A stretch of DNA of 64,000 bases from Blasia pusilla. Lineage: Eukaryota. Made by a program: the position numbers and the translations under genes. Each line of letters starts with the position of its first letter. Positions within the stretch are counted from its first letter, which is position 1. The DNA is taken from NCBI GenBank assembly GCA_050084515.1, contig CM114271.1, positions 28,024,001 to 28,088,000 of the forward strand. The letters run 5' to 3'. Shown here in pieces: positions 13,342 to 26,791 of this stretch. The notes below the pieces were generated by a model that was not told where the DNA came from, did no database searches, and worked only from the letters and a program-made list of their open reading frames with translations.

Positions 13342-14622
13342 AGGCTCTCTCTACATCTATTGAGCACCACATGCAAAGGGGAAATATCCTCCTAGTAGGA
13401 GGTTTCAACGGGAGAACCAGAGGCTGCAAAAAAATTAACCCTGCCGACCGAATGTCGATACCCTTTCCTTCACAAAAAGAAAGATGAACTCATCACACTC
13501 GTCAACAAGGCTCTTACAGAGTGCTCACCCATAGTGAACACAACTAAGTTCAGCGACATCCTACATCAATGTTGCAGAAAAGTCCTAACTTTCCACATGT
13601 TTGGAGGCAAACACATTAGATCCACTTCTACGTTTTTCTCCCAACCTTGGTTTGACAAGGACTGCAAAGAGGTCTGCATGGAGCTGAATCACCGACTCAT
13701 GGAGAATCCACACTCTCCACACAATCGATTGTTGTAGAAAACTTACAAACGATTGGTACGTAGGAAGAAACACAAATACATTGCCATCAAGATCACAGAG
13801 TTCACAGAACAGATGAAATACCAATCGGCCAAATTTTGGAGAATACTCAGGAATAGACAGAACAACATTCCACTCCAAGATCTACAGATCTGGACCACAT
13901 ATAATACCCAACTTTACCACTCCAACACTGCTGCCCCTACGGACCCTTGGCCGAATGGGCTTCAGGATCTACCGGACCTCTTTACCATTGACGATGTCAC
14001 ATCATGAATCAAAAGGCTACATAACAAACCATAGGATGTCCTAGGGTGCCAGGCTCAAATGTTCAAATTCGCAAGTGAAGCAATTGGCCCAACCCTCACC
14101 AGAATGGTCAAAACTGCAGCTCAACAGGGCTTCCCACCAGAATGGCAAATGAATACGATCTACCCACTCTTCAAGGCTGGAGACCCAATGTCACCATCCA
14201 ACTACAGAACGATCATGGTGAGCTCCCTCATGGCCAAGTTGTACGGGCTACTGCTGGAAAGGAAAATCAACGATTGGGCTGAAGAAAAGAAGGTGCGAGC
14301 TAGAGGACTAGAAGCTTTCGACACTCACATAGCACCCTGGATCACCTTCTCACACTCCGGGTACTGATTGAAGAAACTTCCAAGTCAAGAATTGGTCACA
14401 AGCCCGGTAAATTGTTCTGCTGTTTTGTAGACTTCAAGAAGGCCTTTGACACATTCCCAAGGGCACTCCTTTGGAAACGACTTGAAGAGTTGGGTGTCCC
14501 ACCACAACAACTTACAGCAATCAAGGTCTTATATACTCAGGTGTTTGCAGAGATTTCCACTAAGAGGGGCAAATCTGAAACTTTATATTCCAACACCGGA
14601 GTCAAACAAGGATGCCCCCTCT

Positions 14623-15625
14623 TGTCATGTGCCTACTCTCCTTGAACGTCAATCTCTAGTATTGGGGAAGCGTACGTTCAGTAGGACACGCTCTCATCGC
14701 CGACATGCACCCAAACGCACCCACATTAGTCTGGCTTTGGGTCAAACGGTCTTCCAAACCACTGAGTCTTCTACTTGGCGTCTCATCAAGCTCAACTTTC
14801 CTTACTTCCTAGGTTCCCAACATGGCAAGTCCTTCAAGACTTGGAACATACTTTTTGGTTAGTCGAGGAACCTAAAACGGCACCTGCGCACCTAACGGTT
14901 CCAACTGTTCAACGGAAGTCGTGCGAGTTACTAACTGGGACCCAAGTAATTGAGTCACGGGTTGGAATCCAAGAGGGATCTCTAAAATCACCTCAATAGA
15001 CTTGGTTTAGGTTCTCAAGCCCCAACTCCAAACTCCCGATCCGTTCCATGCCCTTGAGCCGCCCCGCGGCGTCCAAAGTGGGGTTCGAGTCCCAAGCACC
15101 ATTGGAGACCTTTCCCCTTACTAGTACTTCTGGGGTCCTCCAATAACCTCTCCCCTTTAGAAAAGGATGGTCGGGCCCTTCATTGTGGCCCTCAACCCGA
15201 CTCTACTTACAGTCGTTTTTGGGTCGTTTCTCAGCCGCTACTTATGCGTTTGCAAAGATCTTATGTGCGTTTGGACCGAATTTCTATGAGCTTTCCAACC
15301 CACCCTTATTCGTCCCAAACGCATCTTGGCGCTAAAAGTTATGGCCATAAATACAGTCGGAAACTCTCAAACGCTAGTGGCGTCCCAAATTCGAATTCCT
15401 TCCTTTGGCGACCCACTTCCTAGACTTGACTCCTCTCAAGTCTTGATCCGCGTTTGGTCCAGGTTTCTCAGTCGCAACCACAACCTACGAAACGCAAACC
15501 CTTGCTTGCGTCTCATCTCTTGTCTCTTCTCCGAGACCACTCCAACGCGCAAACCATCTCAGCGTGAGCCTGCTAGTGTTCTGATGTTCCGCTTTGGCGC
15601 TCGTTTGGTCATGAGGGTCGTAACA
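14623..15625. mobile_element. Solo LTR, family A (1003 bp), inserted in the LINE RT domain
   Basis: TGTCA...TAACA termini; CCCTCT duplicated at 14617-14622 and 15626-15631; removal restores QGCPLSPILF. Confidence 0.88.
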
Positions 15626-18600
15626 CCCTCTCACCTATATTGTTTGGGCTCTACATTGATGAACTTGAAGAGGTGCTTTATGGAGTGAATGGAGATCCAC
15701 CAGAGCTAGCACACTGCCTCATCCCCCTGCTCTTGTTTGCAGATGATATAGTTCTGATGTCTAGAACAACATATGGGCTCCAACTTTACCTGAATGCACT
15801 TTCAAGCTTCTGCAACAAATCGGGTATGGAAGTCAACTTGCTGGAAATGAAGATAATCATCTTTGGATCACAACTCCCTACAGCGCAACGGTCACACACT
15901 TTCACCTTAAGCCAGGGACTAAGAAGGGAGATCAATGAGATTGTGGGTGTGTACATATACTTGGGGGTGCAACTCAAACCCAACAACCAATGGAGAGCCA
16001 ATGGGAGTTGCAACAACATCAATGCAGGCTTGAGGGGTCTACACCTGCTACAATCCAATTGCAGAAGAATGGAACTTTGGCATATTCCACAGAAACTCCA
16101 TCTCTTCAAAGCTCTGGTGATCCCAGCCACACTCTATGCATTTGAGGTGTGGGGCCCCAGCTCCAAGGCTTGGCCCCATGGCCTTGAGGCCCCCCAAAAA
16201 CTCTTCATGCGGCAGAGTCTGGGCATTAGGAAAACCACTCCCCACGACATTCTACTAGCTGAGTTTGGGGAGATACCAATGGAGATCCATGCTATTAAAA
16301 ATCTGATCATATTTCTCCAACACCTTGAAGATATTTGCGAGGACGATCCCAATCGTCTATCCACCAAGGCCCACGTGGTTTCAAAAAGTAGTGCCACCCT
16401 TGGGGCTAAAAATTGGTACTATGACTACACGGAGTGGTTGATGAAATGGGGAATATCCATCGGTGACCTGCCTACGGCCACCCACTCGGACCTTGCTAAA
16501 CAATTACATTGCCATCAATTGGGGCCGACACCAACGTCTCTTGGAAAGCAGGGGGAATTCCTCTCACAAAAATGGTGAAAGAATGAGGCGCTACCACACC
16601 CTCATGAACAACTGCAGATCCATGCAGCAAGCCTCTGATATCTCTGCCCCCATTCCCACTAAGTTAAGTCATACATTAGCGAGATTTAGATGTGGCTCTA
16701 CTGACCTAGAGATTGAGAAAGGAAAATTCTCACTGAAGAAAAGGGAGGACAGATTATGTAGATTTTGCAACTCGGGGCTTGTTGATGATGAACATCACTA
16801 CCTCTCCGATTGCACCTTTCACGATCACATTAGGCTTGACTTCCCGGATCTCTTTGTTCACTTGGCTCCTAGGGTCCTCCTCTTCATGGCTAGGCAAAAT
16901 CGGACGCATATTGCTAAATTCTTGCATAGTTGTGTGAAGACCAGGGACACTCACCTGGCTGTAAGGACTCCTTAGGCCCTCGCTGGTGCTTGCTCTCTCT
17001 CCAAAATTGTTATTAAGTCTCAATACTAAGTCCCATGGCCTTGTGGGGTCCCCGTGGACAATAAATCTATTCATTCATTCATTCTCTCTCTCTAGCATTG
17101 TCTAACCAAGGCGCGGCATCTATGGTCGCAAGGCTACAATAGGCACTACTTAATGAGTACACACACACACTCTCTCTCTCAACCATCTCTTTGCTGTACA
17201 ATATATAACAATAAAATGACACCATTATCTTAAGGAAATAAAGCATGCACATCACATATACCTATTTTACCAAAACACTCATTTTTTGGGTGACCACTCC
17301 TTGAAGTTCTTTCTCACTCCCTCTTCCTCCTTCCAAACCTTGTTATTCATTCGACTCTTCTCTTCCAAATCACGGTTCCACCAGTAAGCTAGATCTTCAC
17401 TTGCTTCCTCCTTACTTAGAAAATCCTTGATATAGTAACGAGTGCTCTCCTCTTCAATCCTCTTTAAATTTTCCTCTACCTTCTCAATCTTTTGTAACTC
17501 TATCTCCTCTTCGCGAGTTGCATATCGAACCCTAGGTTTTACAGACTTGTCTCTTTGAGTAGTATGTCTTGGTTCAACAGAGGCCATATACCGTCACCAC
17601 TTGTCAATCAATCCATAAACGACATTAACTCAAAAATTGGAAATTTATGCAGATACATTAAAAAATAAAGTCTAGAGCATCTCTACAAGAGCCTAACCAT
17701 CCTGGACATACTTGTCAGCAAAGATCAAACTCTCCAAATTAGTATCAACTTCTGTAGGCAGCTTTACCAATGATAAGCATTTAGCCATTGCTACTAGCCT
17801 TAAGCATATGTGAAGCACTTATATATCACAGAAAAGGGAGAGAAACATGGGCTTATTGAAAGCCTAGTGATAACAAAGAGTAAACTCTATCCAATGTTAG
17901 TCTCAGAAATTTAGCCTGCCATCCTCTCATCTTTCATCAAATCCACTTTTCTATCACCAGGAAGCAGAATTTCATGTACATTGAGTTCAAGACACTAGTC
18001 CCTTAATTTGTCAACAAACCAGCAGAGCCCGCCATCTTCAACCTAATCAATGGGATGAAGGAAAATTTATGGTGCTATTTTGGTTTCTTGAGGTTAAGGA
18101 ACTGGAGTTGAGATGACTCATGATCAATTGATTCTAATCAAAGGAAGATCTAGAGCATTTCTTACCAGAAATGTGAGCAATAGAACGAGAGTTCGGTTCG
18201 AACATGCTAGAAAACCTACTCAACTATGCATGGTTAGAGCCTTGAAGTGTTTAGTGAACGGAGTATAGAAGATCAGCACGCTGACTTTGGTGGGGGAGCT
18301 TAATCTTGAACAACACTACTGGGTCCAGTTCGGATGATGAGCATTGCCAACGTGAGCTGATTCCATCGCAAGCATGTGTTTCTTGATTGTCACTCCATCA
18401 AGAAATGAACCCAACTACTTGGAGATACTCCACACATATCTAGAATCGGAAATTGTGATTGCCTCAAGGGTAAAAATGACTAGAGTGCATTCTAAAATCA
18501 TCTATGAGCTTCACATTCATGACTTCCCCGAGACGGAGCAAAAGGTCATGGAAAGGAGCCACATCACAAAAATCTTGATCGTCTTGACGTTTCACAATAT

Positions 18601-19369
18601 CAAATATACACACTAAATCTCATATCAATATTGCAAAGCAAGGTGAGCATTTTGAGATTCCTGAGCAGACTCCTTGCCTTTCTGGATCAATATAGTGCCA
18701 CTTCCTAGTTAACCATCCCCCAACAGATCATCTCCTGCATCAAATCTAGATGTGAGGCCATTGTTTTAGGGTTTTCCATACGTCCAAAAGCTCCTTGCAT
18801 GAGAGATCTTAAGCATGCACAAAATCCATCTTTATTTAATCGAATAGATATCTCATAGACTAGATGGCACGCTCATCTCAATTTCTCGTGTGCAATTTGC
18901 CTCGTGTATTCTCATTCTGCCCGCTCTAGAATTTATCCGTCCTCACCCATGCATCGATATCATGGAACCACTGAAGATCCCGGAAACTCTCATCTTTCTG
19001 CTTCTAGAAGAGTGTATCTTCGCACAAAGTCTTTGAAAGAGCTTAGGCGTCCACAAGTCCGCCAGATCGGTATGAGAAAAATGGGTGCAACAAAATTTAA
19101 GCATTTAATTTGATTAGCTACTGATCTTGAGGCTCCACTTCCATGACTGATTTCATTTCATCTGAATGAGATTATAAGGTATCTTGAGATCTATAACAAA
19201 TGCCTATGTTGTGAATTTTCTTGCAGAGATCCTGATCGGCACTCTACCATATCGAGCACCATAGACATAAAAGAAAAATTCCATGGGTGGAAAAAGAATC
19301 ATCGAGTCTGCTAACTTGATATCCAAATGTGGATCATATTGGTAATCCTTAAAAAAAAAATCCGCAAAA

Positions 19370-20030
19370 TTGTAAGCGTGAAGACCGTGGATGGCATTTG
19401 GTGTATTTATCTTCTAGCCCTAGGATATGGTAAAGCCCTTGTATTCAAACGAGCACTGTAGGGTACAGTCGCAGTATTTCATGTACCGTCTACCAAGTAT
19501 ATTTCATGGCTCGCACATCTTCGATGGTAAAAAAAACTGGCCTTCCTCCTTTCGTGCGGAAATGCTTGCATGCTCTAAAATATTCACAGCCCAACCAAAT
19601 CATGCTTTAGCAATGTGTTGTAGGCAATCTAAGGGTAATAGATTTAGAGACCTAGTCGAGTCATCGACTAATTAAACCTGAACTTTGAAGCTGTTCTAGA
19701 CCAAACGAAGGCATATGTTTTCCCCTTCACTATGGGAGAATAATAACAAGAGTTAAAGGGCTTAACAATGACCCGCATCTCCATCAACAAATTCTCATAA
19801 TTCAAACAGTAGCGCACTCCGACTAAGCCAAATCACAGGGATCTCTTCAAAGTTCTACCTACGAGTTAACCATGTTGGTACGGATTCATGAGATTTGATC
19901 GCAATTTAGTTAATGTATGTTGTTCACATCTGCATCAAAGGATAACAGCCTCCTGCCCCTCACCGCATTAGAAAACTCTCAGGGTAGACAATCTGGGTAA
20001 AGTATAGGGAGACCTAGAGTAGCTGAACGT
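19370..20030 (-). pseudogene. Captured, degenerate cytochrome P450 fragment (CYP716/CYP85-clan-like)
   Basis: Manual minus-strand translation gives EHASISARKEEGQ/TIEDVRAMKYTW*TVHEILRLYP (K-helix ExLR) and FEYKGFTIS*G*KI; weaker N-terminal similarity (TLGLPI...[14 protein letters not shown]) near 19930-20030. Confidence 0.65.
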
Positions 20031-20084
20031 ATTGTCACAAGGAGGTATGATTGCGTAATCATTTGGACTCGCATGCACGCGCGC

Positions 20085-20230
<146 letters not shown>

Positions 20231-20546
20231 CCCATGAAGCCGAACTTCCTCACCACCTCCAATCAACCGTACTTTGGATAGCACATGTCTCCATCTCTCT
20301 CGAATCACTTATGTCTAACCCTACATTTACAAGGGAATAGATCAACCTCAAACTCACTCACTTTCTTATGTGCACTACGTTGCTCTTGCGATGTACACTC
20401 TTGGCCCTTGCTGTTGGTGATCAAAGATGCTTCATAAAGGTATGAAATCGGCAACCCCTACCACACAGCGTCCGCCTCTTGCATAATGAAATGCCCACCC
20501 TACAAGCTGCACATTGATGCTCATTATCGGAATACCAAGCTGAAAC

Positions 20547-20561
20547 TGTGTGTGTGTGTGT

Positions 20562-20645
<84 letters not shown>
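20547..20645. repeat. (TG)n(GA)n microsatellite
   Basis: Compound dinucleotide tract about 30 bp left of the inner CACTA insertion site. Confidence 0.98.
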
Positions 20646-20648
<3 letters not shown>

Positions 20649-20689
20649 TAACGGAGGTGAATGCAGACCGTTGACATCACTAGAACAAA

Positions 20690-21400
20690 CCGCATATTAG
20701 ATGACTCTAATAAATGAATAGGTTGAGTCATTGTTCACGGTAAATGACTCACGGTGACTCATAACCATTAGAGTGATATAAACCAAGTCATATATAGGAT
20801 ATGACTCTCCCTACCACATTGGTAAATGATTGAAGTCATTAGCTATTGAGTCATTGATATATGACTAAGATACCACGTGTGAGAGACACGTCAGAGTGCC
20901 ATGTTGGCGTATGACATGGCAAGAAGAAATGATGCAGCAAGGTGAGAATCAAATGAAAAATTTCCACGTGTCATACTTAGGATCGTTGGATTGTTTAGGC
21001 TCAATGAGACGAAGACATGTGTAATGATATGAACAAATGACTGAGTGATATTTGGTTGAAATGACTGAGTCATACGTCTTGATTGAGTTATATGTACCAA
21101 TTGCGTTGTTTCCTATTACTATATGAGTTTTTAAATGTGACTAGATTGGTTCTTAGTTACGACTATTTTGGTCATCTTATGTGTGGTATAATCGTATTTC
21201 ATAACTAAGTGAGACATTTTATTGATGGTTTGAGTCATTTATCTCATGCTTTACATGAGTGTACAAGTCATATTTCCAAACGATTTGAGTTATTAAGTTG
21301 ATTGTATGAGTTTTTATCATGACTACATTAGTCATATTTTAACCACTAAATGATATTTTGGTCGTATGAGCTATTTGGCATAATGTATGAGTCATTCACA
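20690..21400. repeat. CACTA left subterminal repeat region
   Basis: Many direct and inverted copies of ATGACT(C)/(G)AGTCAT. Confidence 0.8.
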
Positions 21401-23409
21401 CTATCAGCTGTGGTTTATTACTAGAGCATGTATTGTTCACAAATTTCCATTGCTCCTCCTGGCGATTGTTAAATCAGAGGAGTTACTCTGGTAAGTAAGT
21501 GGTGGTCATCTAAGTAACATAATCTCTTAACATAATTAGAGACTCTCTCAGATCCAGCAAGGAGTAATGTGTGAGCCTGAGTAGCATAGACAATGATGAG
21601 GATATACAAAATCTGAATCTGAAGGTCTAGAAGAGGGACATATATCAAGCAAGTAATTCTAGGGTACATGCCAATTATAATGAATGCTGAAACCTAGAGA
21701 TATATCACAATCAAAGCATTCTCTAATTGATGAAACCCAAAAATAGATTATTCATTATATGGAAGAATCAAGGTATTTACATATCAGCAAGTTGCAAGAA
21801 GGAACCAAGAGCATATGGAAACCAAACTACAAACAAATGATCTGATGGAATCATTGTGAAAGTTTACAAATTCATGAAAACCACCAAATCCCAACATCCT
21901 AATGAACTAGTTTCTTAAGATTCAACTCCGGCCATACGATTGAAGTTCCAACTACATCTCCAAGTATGAGTTGAGCAAGTTCGTCCATTGTATTTGGCTC
22001 CCATAGTTGGTAATCCCGTTGAGAAGTATCCTTAAGGTCCACTCAAAATCATCCAGGACCTATATCCTTCCCATGGAACTTATCTCGCCCACTCAAGCCC
22101 GAAACTACTCCATGACCCAAAATATTCTGATTGAGTTTTGGCTGTGTGAGGTGTACTGCATCTCCGAAACGTAGCTACATTCATACCAAATCAAAATAGA
22201 AAGTTAATGGTGAATATAAAAACATCGTCACAATTGATAAATTAGTATACTCTCAATCATTACCTTGGTGAAGGTCCATCCATCTATTGGTAAAGTCCTT
22301 GAAAAGTTGACAAGCCCCACTTGGTTGGGTTCTCGAAATAAGAATAAAAACACAAGAACTCATCCGTTGTTGTCACAAATCTACGAAAACACACATGAAA
22401 TGTCAAGGGAAAAAGTGAAAGCCTGATAATTTTACCCTTTGCTTCTTGCTATTTAGTACTTTCGAGTCACACTTTGACTCACTACCCACACTTGCAACCA
22501 TCTCGGTGGTTGCCTTCATCTTCTTCTTGATCTTTGGTGAAGCTTGTATGTCCACTATTGCTTCACCTATAGAACATTAAACTTCAAAAAGATTAATGTA
22601 TTCAACACTATTATCACCTGCGAAAATTCTCACTTTCACCACTCATAAACACAAAAGTTTATTGAATTGGTTGTTATTGTCATACATGCAGTTTGCTCCC
22701 ATGCTTGACATGTACTTCAACATTCCTAGGTCTCAGCAAGTGCAAATAGAATAATGAAAACATGGAGTAGAAAGAAAATAGAGTTGAGATATGCACCCTA
22801 GGATATTATAGTAGTCACAAATTTAGCTTTGTTAGTACTGTGGATAAGGTGAGTATGATCAATCTTCTCTTTACCTGCACAAGAGCAACAGAAAAATGCC
22901 AAAAAAATTGGTATGGTCTCAGTGAGGTGAGTGAGTAATCACTCACCATATCCAACTTGAAATTTTTCATTGCTAAAATATGGAATAGAGGCACGGAGAA
23001 ATTGGAAAATATAGGTACAAAATATGGCAGATGCTTGAGTGTTACCTTTGATCATTACACTTGAAGAGCTCTTATTCAACATCTGGCTCACCGTATCAAC
23101 ACTGTGGACTTTCTCCATTCCTATGGAATTTCAGATATACATTGCAGATCATTGTATAGTTATAGTACATCTACATTAAAAATTTCGAGAAAACTTGCTA
23201 TCTCCGAATTTAAGTGATAAAACCTACAAGAAGATATGTCAAAGATTTTCACCTATCAAAATAGTCATATCTTCAAAGCCAACATTCATGTGAGGCTTTG
23301 TCCTCCTTTTCTTAGGGGACTTCTTAGCCTCGGAAAGATTCTCAACATTGTGTGTAAGCTCATGCGATTCTTGATGACGCCCTATACAAGCCATACATAG
23401 AAGCAATTA

Positions 23410-25308
23410 GATCAAGGATGGTCTTTCTATTAAACTTTTCAAGTGGGGAGGATATTCTATTGGACCGATCCTCATCAAAGTATTGGGAGATGTTGCGATC
23501 TATGGTTTTCCTTCAACCTGGTCGCTACGGGAGATTGCTCCTATTCACAAATCAAGAAGGAAGGATTTGGTGACGAACTATCGTACTATCATGGTGGGTA
23601 GTGTTTTTGCCAAGTTGTTTGGGAAATTGGTGGAGCCAAAATTGAGCGCATGGACAAAGTCTTTCCAAAAGAGAGCACGGGTCCAAGCTGGTTTTTGCCC
23701 AACATACAACATCATCTACCATATCTTGGCCTTGCGTATTTTATGGGAGAAATCTAAGGGCAATGGGAAAGCTTTGTTTTGCGATTTCATCGATTTCAAG
23801 AAAGCTTTTGATACTGTACCTCATAAGCTCTTATGGGAAAGGCTGCAAGCCATTGGAGTACCACCAAATCTCCTAGCAGCCGTGGCCATGTTATACCATT
23901 CCGTTCGGGCCAAGATCAAAGGTTCACAAACTCAAGAGATCTTGAGTACCATCGAAGTCATTCAAGGTTGCCCTTTCTCCCCTACTCTATTTGGATTTTT
24001 CATAGATGATATCTAAAAGTGTCGGAGGAATGTGATAGTGAAGGTGTCAAGCTAGGAGAATTTGTCATCAAAGCTCTATTGTATACATATGACATCATAT
24101 TACTAGCACGTGATGGCATTAGTTTACAAAAACACATCGACACTTTGGCAAGGTTTTCTACCCAGAATCAGATGGAGGTTAATATGGAGAAGTCTAAAGT
24201 CATTATAGTGGGTACTAGATCAAATTTTTCGTTCTTTTAGAAAGGTCTACAATTAGAACAAGTGAAGAGTTACAAATATATAGGCATTGATTTCTCTCAT
24301 GACTATAGTTGGGCACTTTCCGTGCAAAAGAGAACAGAAGCTGGTTACAAAGCTCTATATTCATTTTTAAATCGGTATAGAAGAGCTCATCTTGTGTCTT
24401 GGGTTCTTAGGAAGTTCTTATTAAGAAGCTTTGTGTTGCCGGTGCTCTTATTTGGGACCCTAGTTGTAAGAAGACAGGTTGGGAGCGTGTGGAGAGGGTG
24501 CAAAAGATCTATCTATAAGAAGAATTGGGTGTAAGAAACCAAACTCCTTATACTATTCTTCTTGCGGAAATAGGTTGTCTTCCTCCAGAGGCTAATGCTC
24601 TTTACTAGACCATCACTTATATTGTAGGGGTGAGATCTCTTGATGTTTCTCGCCTCCCTCATCAAGCTTTGCGAGCCACACGTTCTATAAGATGGATGGC
24701 AAATGTGGTGACTTGGTCTTCAAAGTGGAATGTGGCGGAATGCGATTGGGACTTGAAACTGATGGCACTCCACGAGCATCTACAGAAGAAATTTCTCAAT
24801 ATTATTTGGAGCAGCCCGGGCACAAAAATGGAGTTTTATCAACTTCATGTTAATCTCATGCTTATATATTGTGAACAAGGATACCTACTTGCGAGGATCT
24901 CCACGTTCTTACGTCACATTATTGCACGATATAGAACTGGGTCTCATAGGCTAGGAATTGAGGAAGGACGATGGTTTAATATTGATAGAAGTGAACAAAT
25001 TTGTTGGTTATGTGACGGATAAAATATTGAGGATGAAGAATAAGTGTTTGTTACATGTCCAAGGTATGAAGAGATTAGACTAGCTCATAAAATAGATGTG
25101 GATAATTTATATTCTTTACTACAACTAGTGCCTTATGATTTAGGTTTTTATATTAGGGACGTCATTATTCATGGCTCAAGTGCTCTAGGCAGTAGCTAGG
25201 AGAAGGTCTTTAGGATCTTTTTCTGGGTTAGTGAAAGAATGACTTGTAATGTGTTTTTCAGCCTTTTGACCCTTTGGGTCCCACGGGCTTGATCCATTTA
25301 CCATTTAC
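23410..25308 (+). mobile_element. 5'-truncated RTE-X-like LINE (family 2)
   Basis: TNYRTIMV, FIDFKKAFD, QGCPFSPTLF, IARYRTGSHRLGIEEGRW...ICWLC; 3' tail of CATTTAC repeats. Confidence 0.9.
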
Positions 25309-26704
25309 AATGTGGAAATGAGAAAAACTGATCAGAATTTAGGGTGCCTTAATGAAACCTAAGTGGACTTATATAAGAAAAGGAACTTACTTCACGGTTG
25401 ATGGCTTGTCTACAAAACCATGATCAATTGATACATTAGACGTTGTTTCTTTTCCACTTTGAGCTAATTTTGAGACCATGCACAAAAGTACACTCAACTT
25501 CTCCTCAAGAAGTTGGTGACTTGCCTGAAGATCATTCCATTTATTTTGTTGCTTCCTCTGGCCATTTTCAATTTGGGATCTCATATCACGTAGACCTTCA
25601 TCCAATCTGGTCTACCATCTCATTCATGTGGGAAGTGATATATGATTCGACTCCCTATCAAGAATAACAGATAAATAATACAAGTTGTTAACATTTTCTA
25701 TGACAAATTTCCATCATTTTCCTTTCTATCCATGACATCATCACTAACCAATTTTGAAAACTTCTATGTAAGTTACCCGTGAAGCCCCACTAAAATCTGT
25801 ACTTGTGGGGTATGATGATGGAACCCCTTCTCTTGCTATTCCATCAGCAGAAATATCTCTTTTTGGAACCCCCTAAAACACATCGAATATTGTAGGTGTC
25901 ATTATGCAAATATTTGAAATAAAAAACAAGTACAGGTTTAGTACATAAGCTTATGGGAATTCCTAAATTGATAGAGTAGATACCAAAATAAGAACCCAAC
26001 AATTTGAAGCTATGTTTTTACAAGTGAAAGTCAAAGCTCATGTTAAGGGGCTTACTGAAAAACCGTCTAAGCCTGATGGGCCCCTGTAGTTCAAAGTTTG
26101 AACATGTGACCGAGCTTTCGTCATTTGCTCGGCCTTAAATTTTCCTGATTTGACATCCAATAGTTGACCATTTGTTCCCACTCCACGGCCCTTGCTTCAG
26201 GGTGGCAAGGGAATTATCTATGGCCTCCATTCTTTAGCCAATCAGTCTTTAAAGTTGACCTCTCAATTTTTAAGAGTTGGGCAATTTTCTTTCTTAAAAA
26301 CTCAGGATCCAAAAAAGGTACACCAACATAGATATAGGATTCATTTATATAGTTGGTAACCATTTCCATACTCACAGGGTCTGTCTACTTATCTCGATAC
26401 ATGAAAAATCGAGATAACGCATGGCTTGTACTTAGAGATCACTCAACCAAGGCTTATAACCATGAACCTTGGTTTTAAGACACTCGTTTGGCATTAATTT
26501 GCAACGAGGTTTCACATTGAGATCCTTGCATTGATTTACTTCATTTGTCCATACATCACGCTTGGATCTACTTGCCCTACCTATTGCAGAAGTAGTAACA
26601 ATGGGACAATGTGGAAATTTGAGTAAATAAAATCACAAAATTAGCAAAACTTCAAGTGCACTTTAGCCAAGTGGGATCCCCACAAAATAAAATTGACGTG
26701 AATT

Positions 26705-26706
<2 letters not shown>

Positions 26707-26789
<83 letters not shown>
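26707..26789. repeat. (AG)n microsatellite
   Basis: ~80 bp AG tract. Confidence 0.98.

Positions 26790-26791
<2 letters not shown>

Larger units (their letters stand above)
7950..16975 (+). pseudogene. LINE ORF2 (APE-RT-zinc knuckle), split by two insertions, with stops and frameshifts
   Basis: GHGGVA and CYFSP before the copia continue in frame as YEA|LSTSIEHHMQRGNILLVGGFNGRT after it; SNYRTIMV, FVDFKKAFD, GVKQGCPL|SPILFGLYID, LLFADD, LARFRCGS, RLCRFC...EHHYLSDC. Confidence 0.92.
6925..17084 (+). mobile_element. RTE-X-like non-LTR retrotransposon (family 1), interrupted by copia and solo LTR; 5' boundary approximate
   Basis: ORF1, then APE endonuclease, RT and C-terminal CCHC; AATAAA at 17060 followed by an (ATTC)n tail at 17069-17084. 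Confidence 0.85.

Noticed and set aside
20380-20545. WYSDNEHQCAACRVGISLCKRRTLC on minus, reminiscent of a FYVE finger
   Set aside because: Lacks RRHHC and the later Cys pairs; too short to support.
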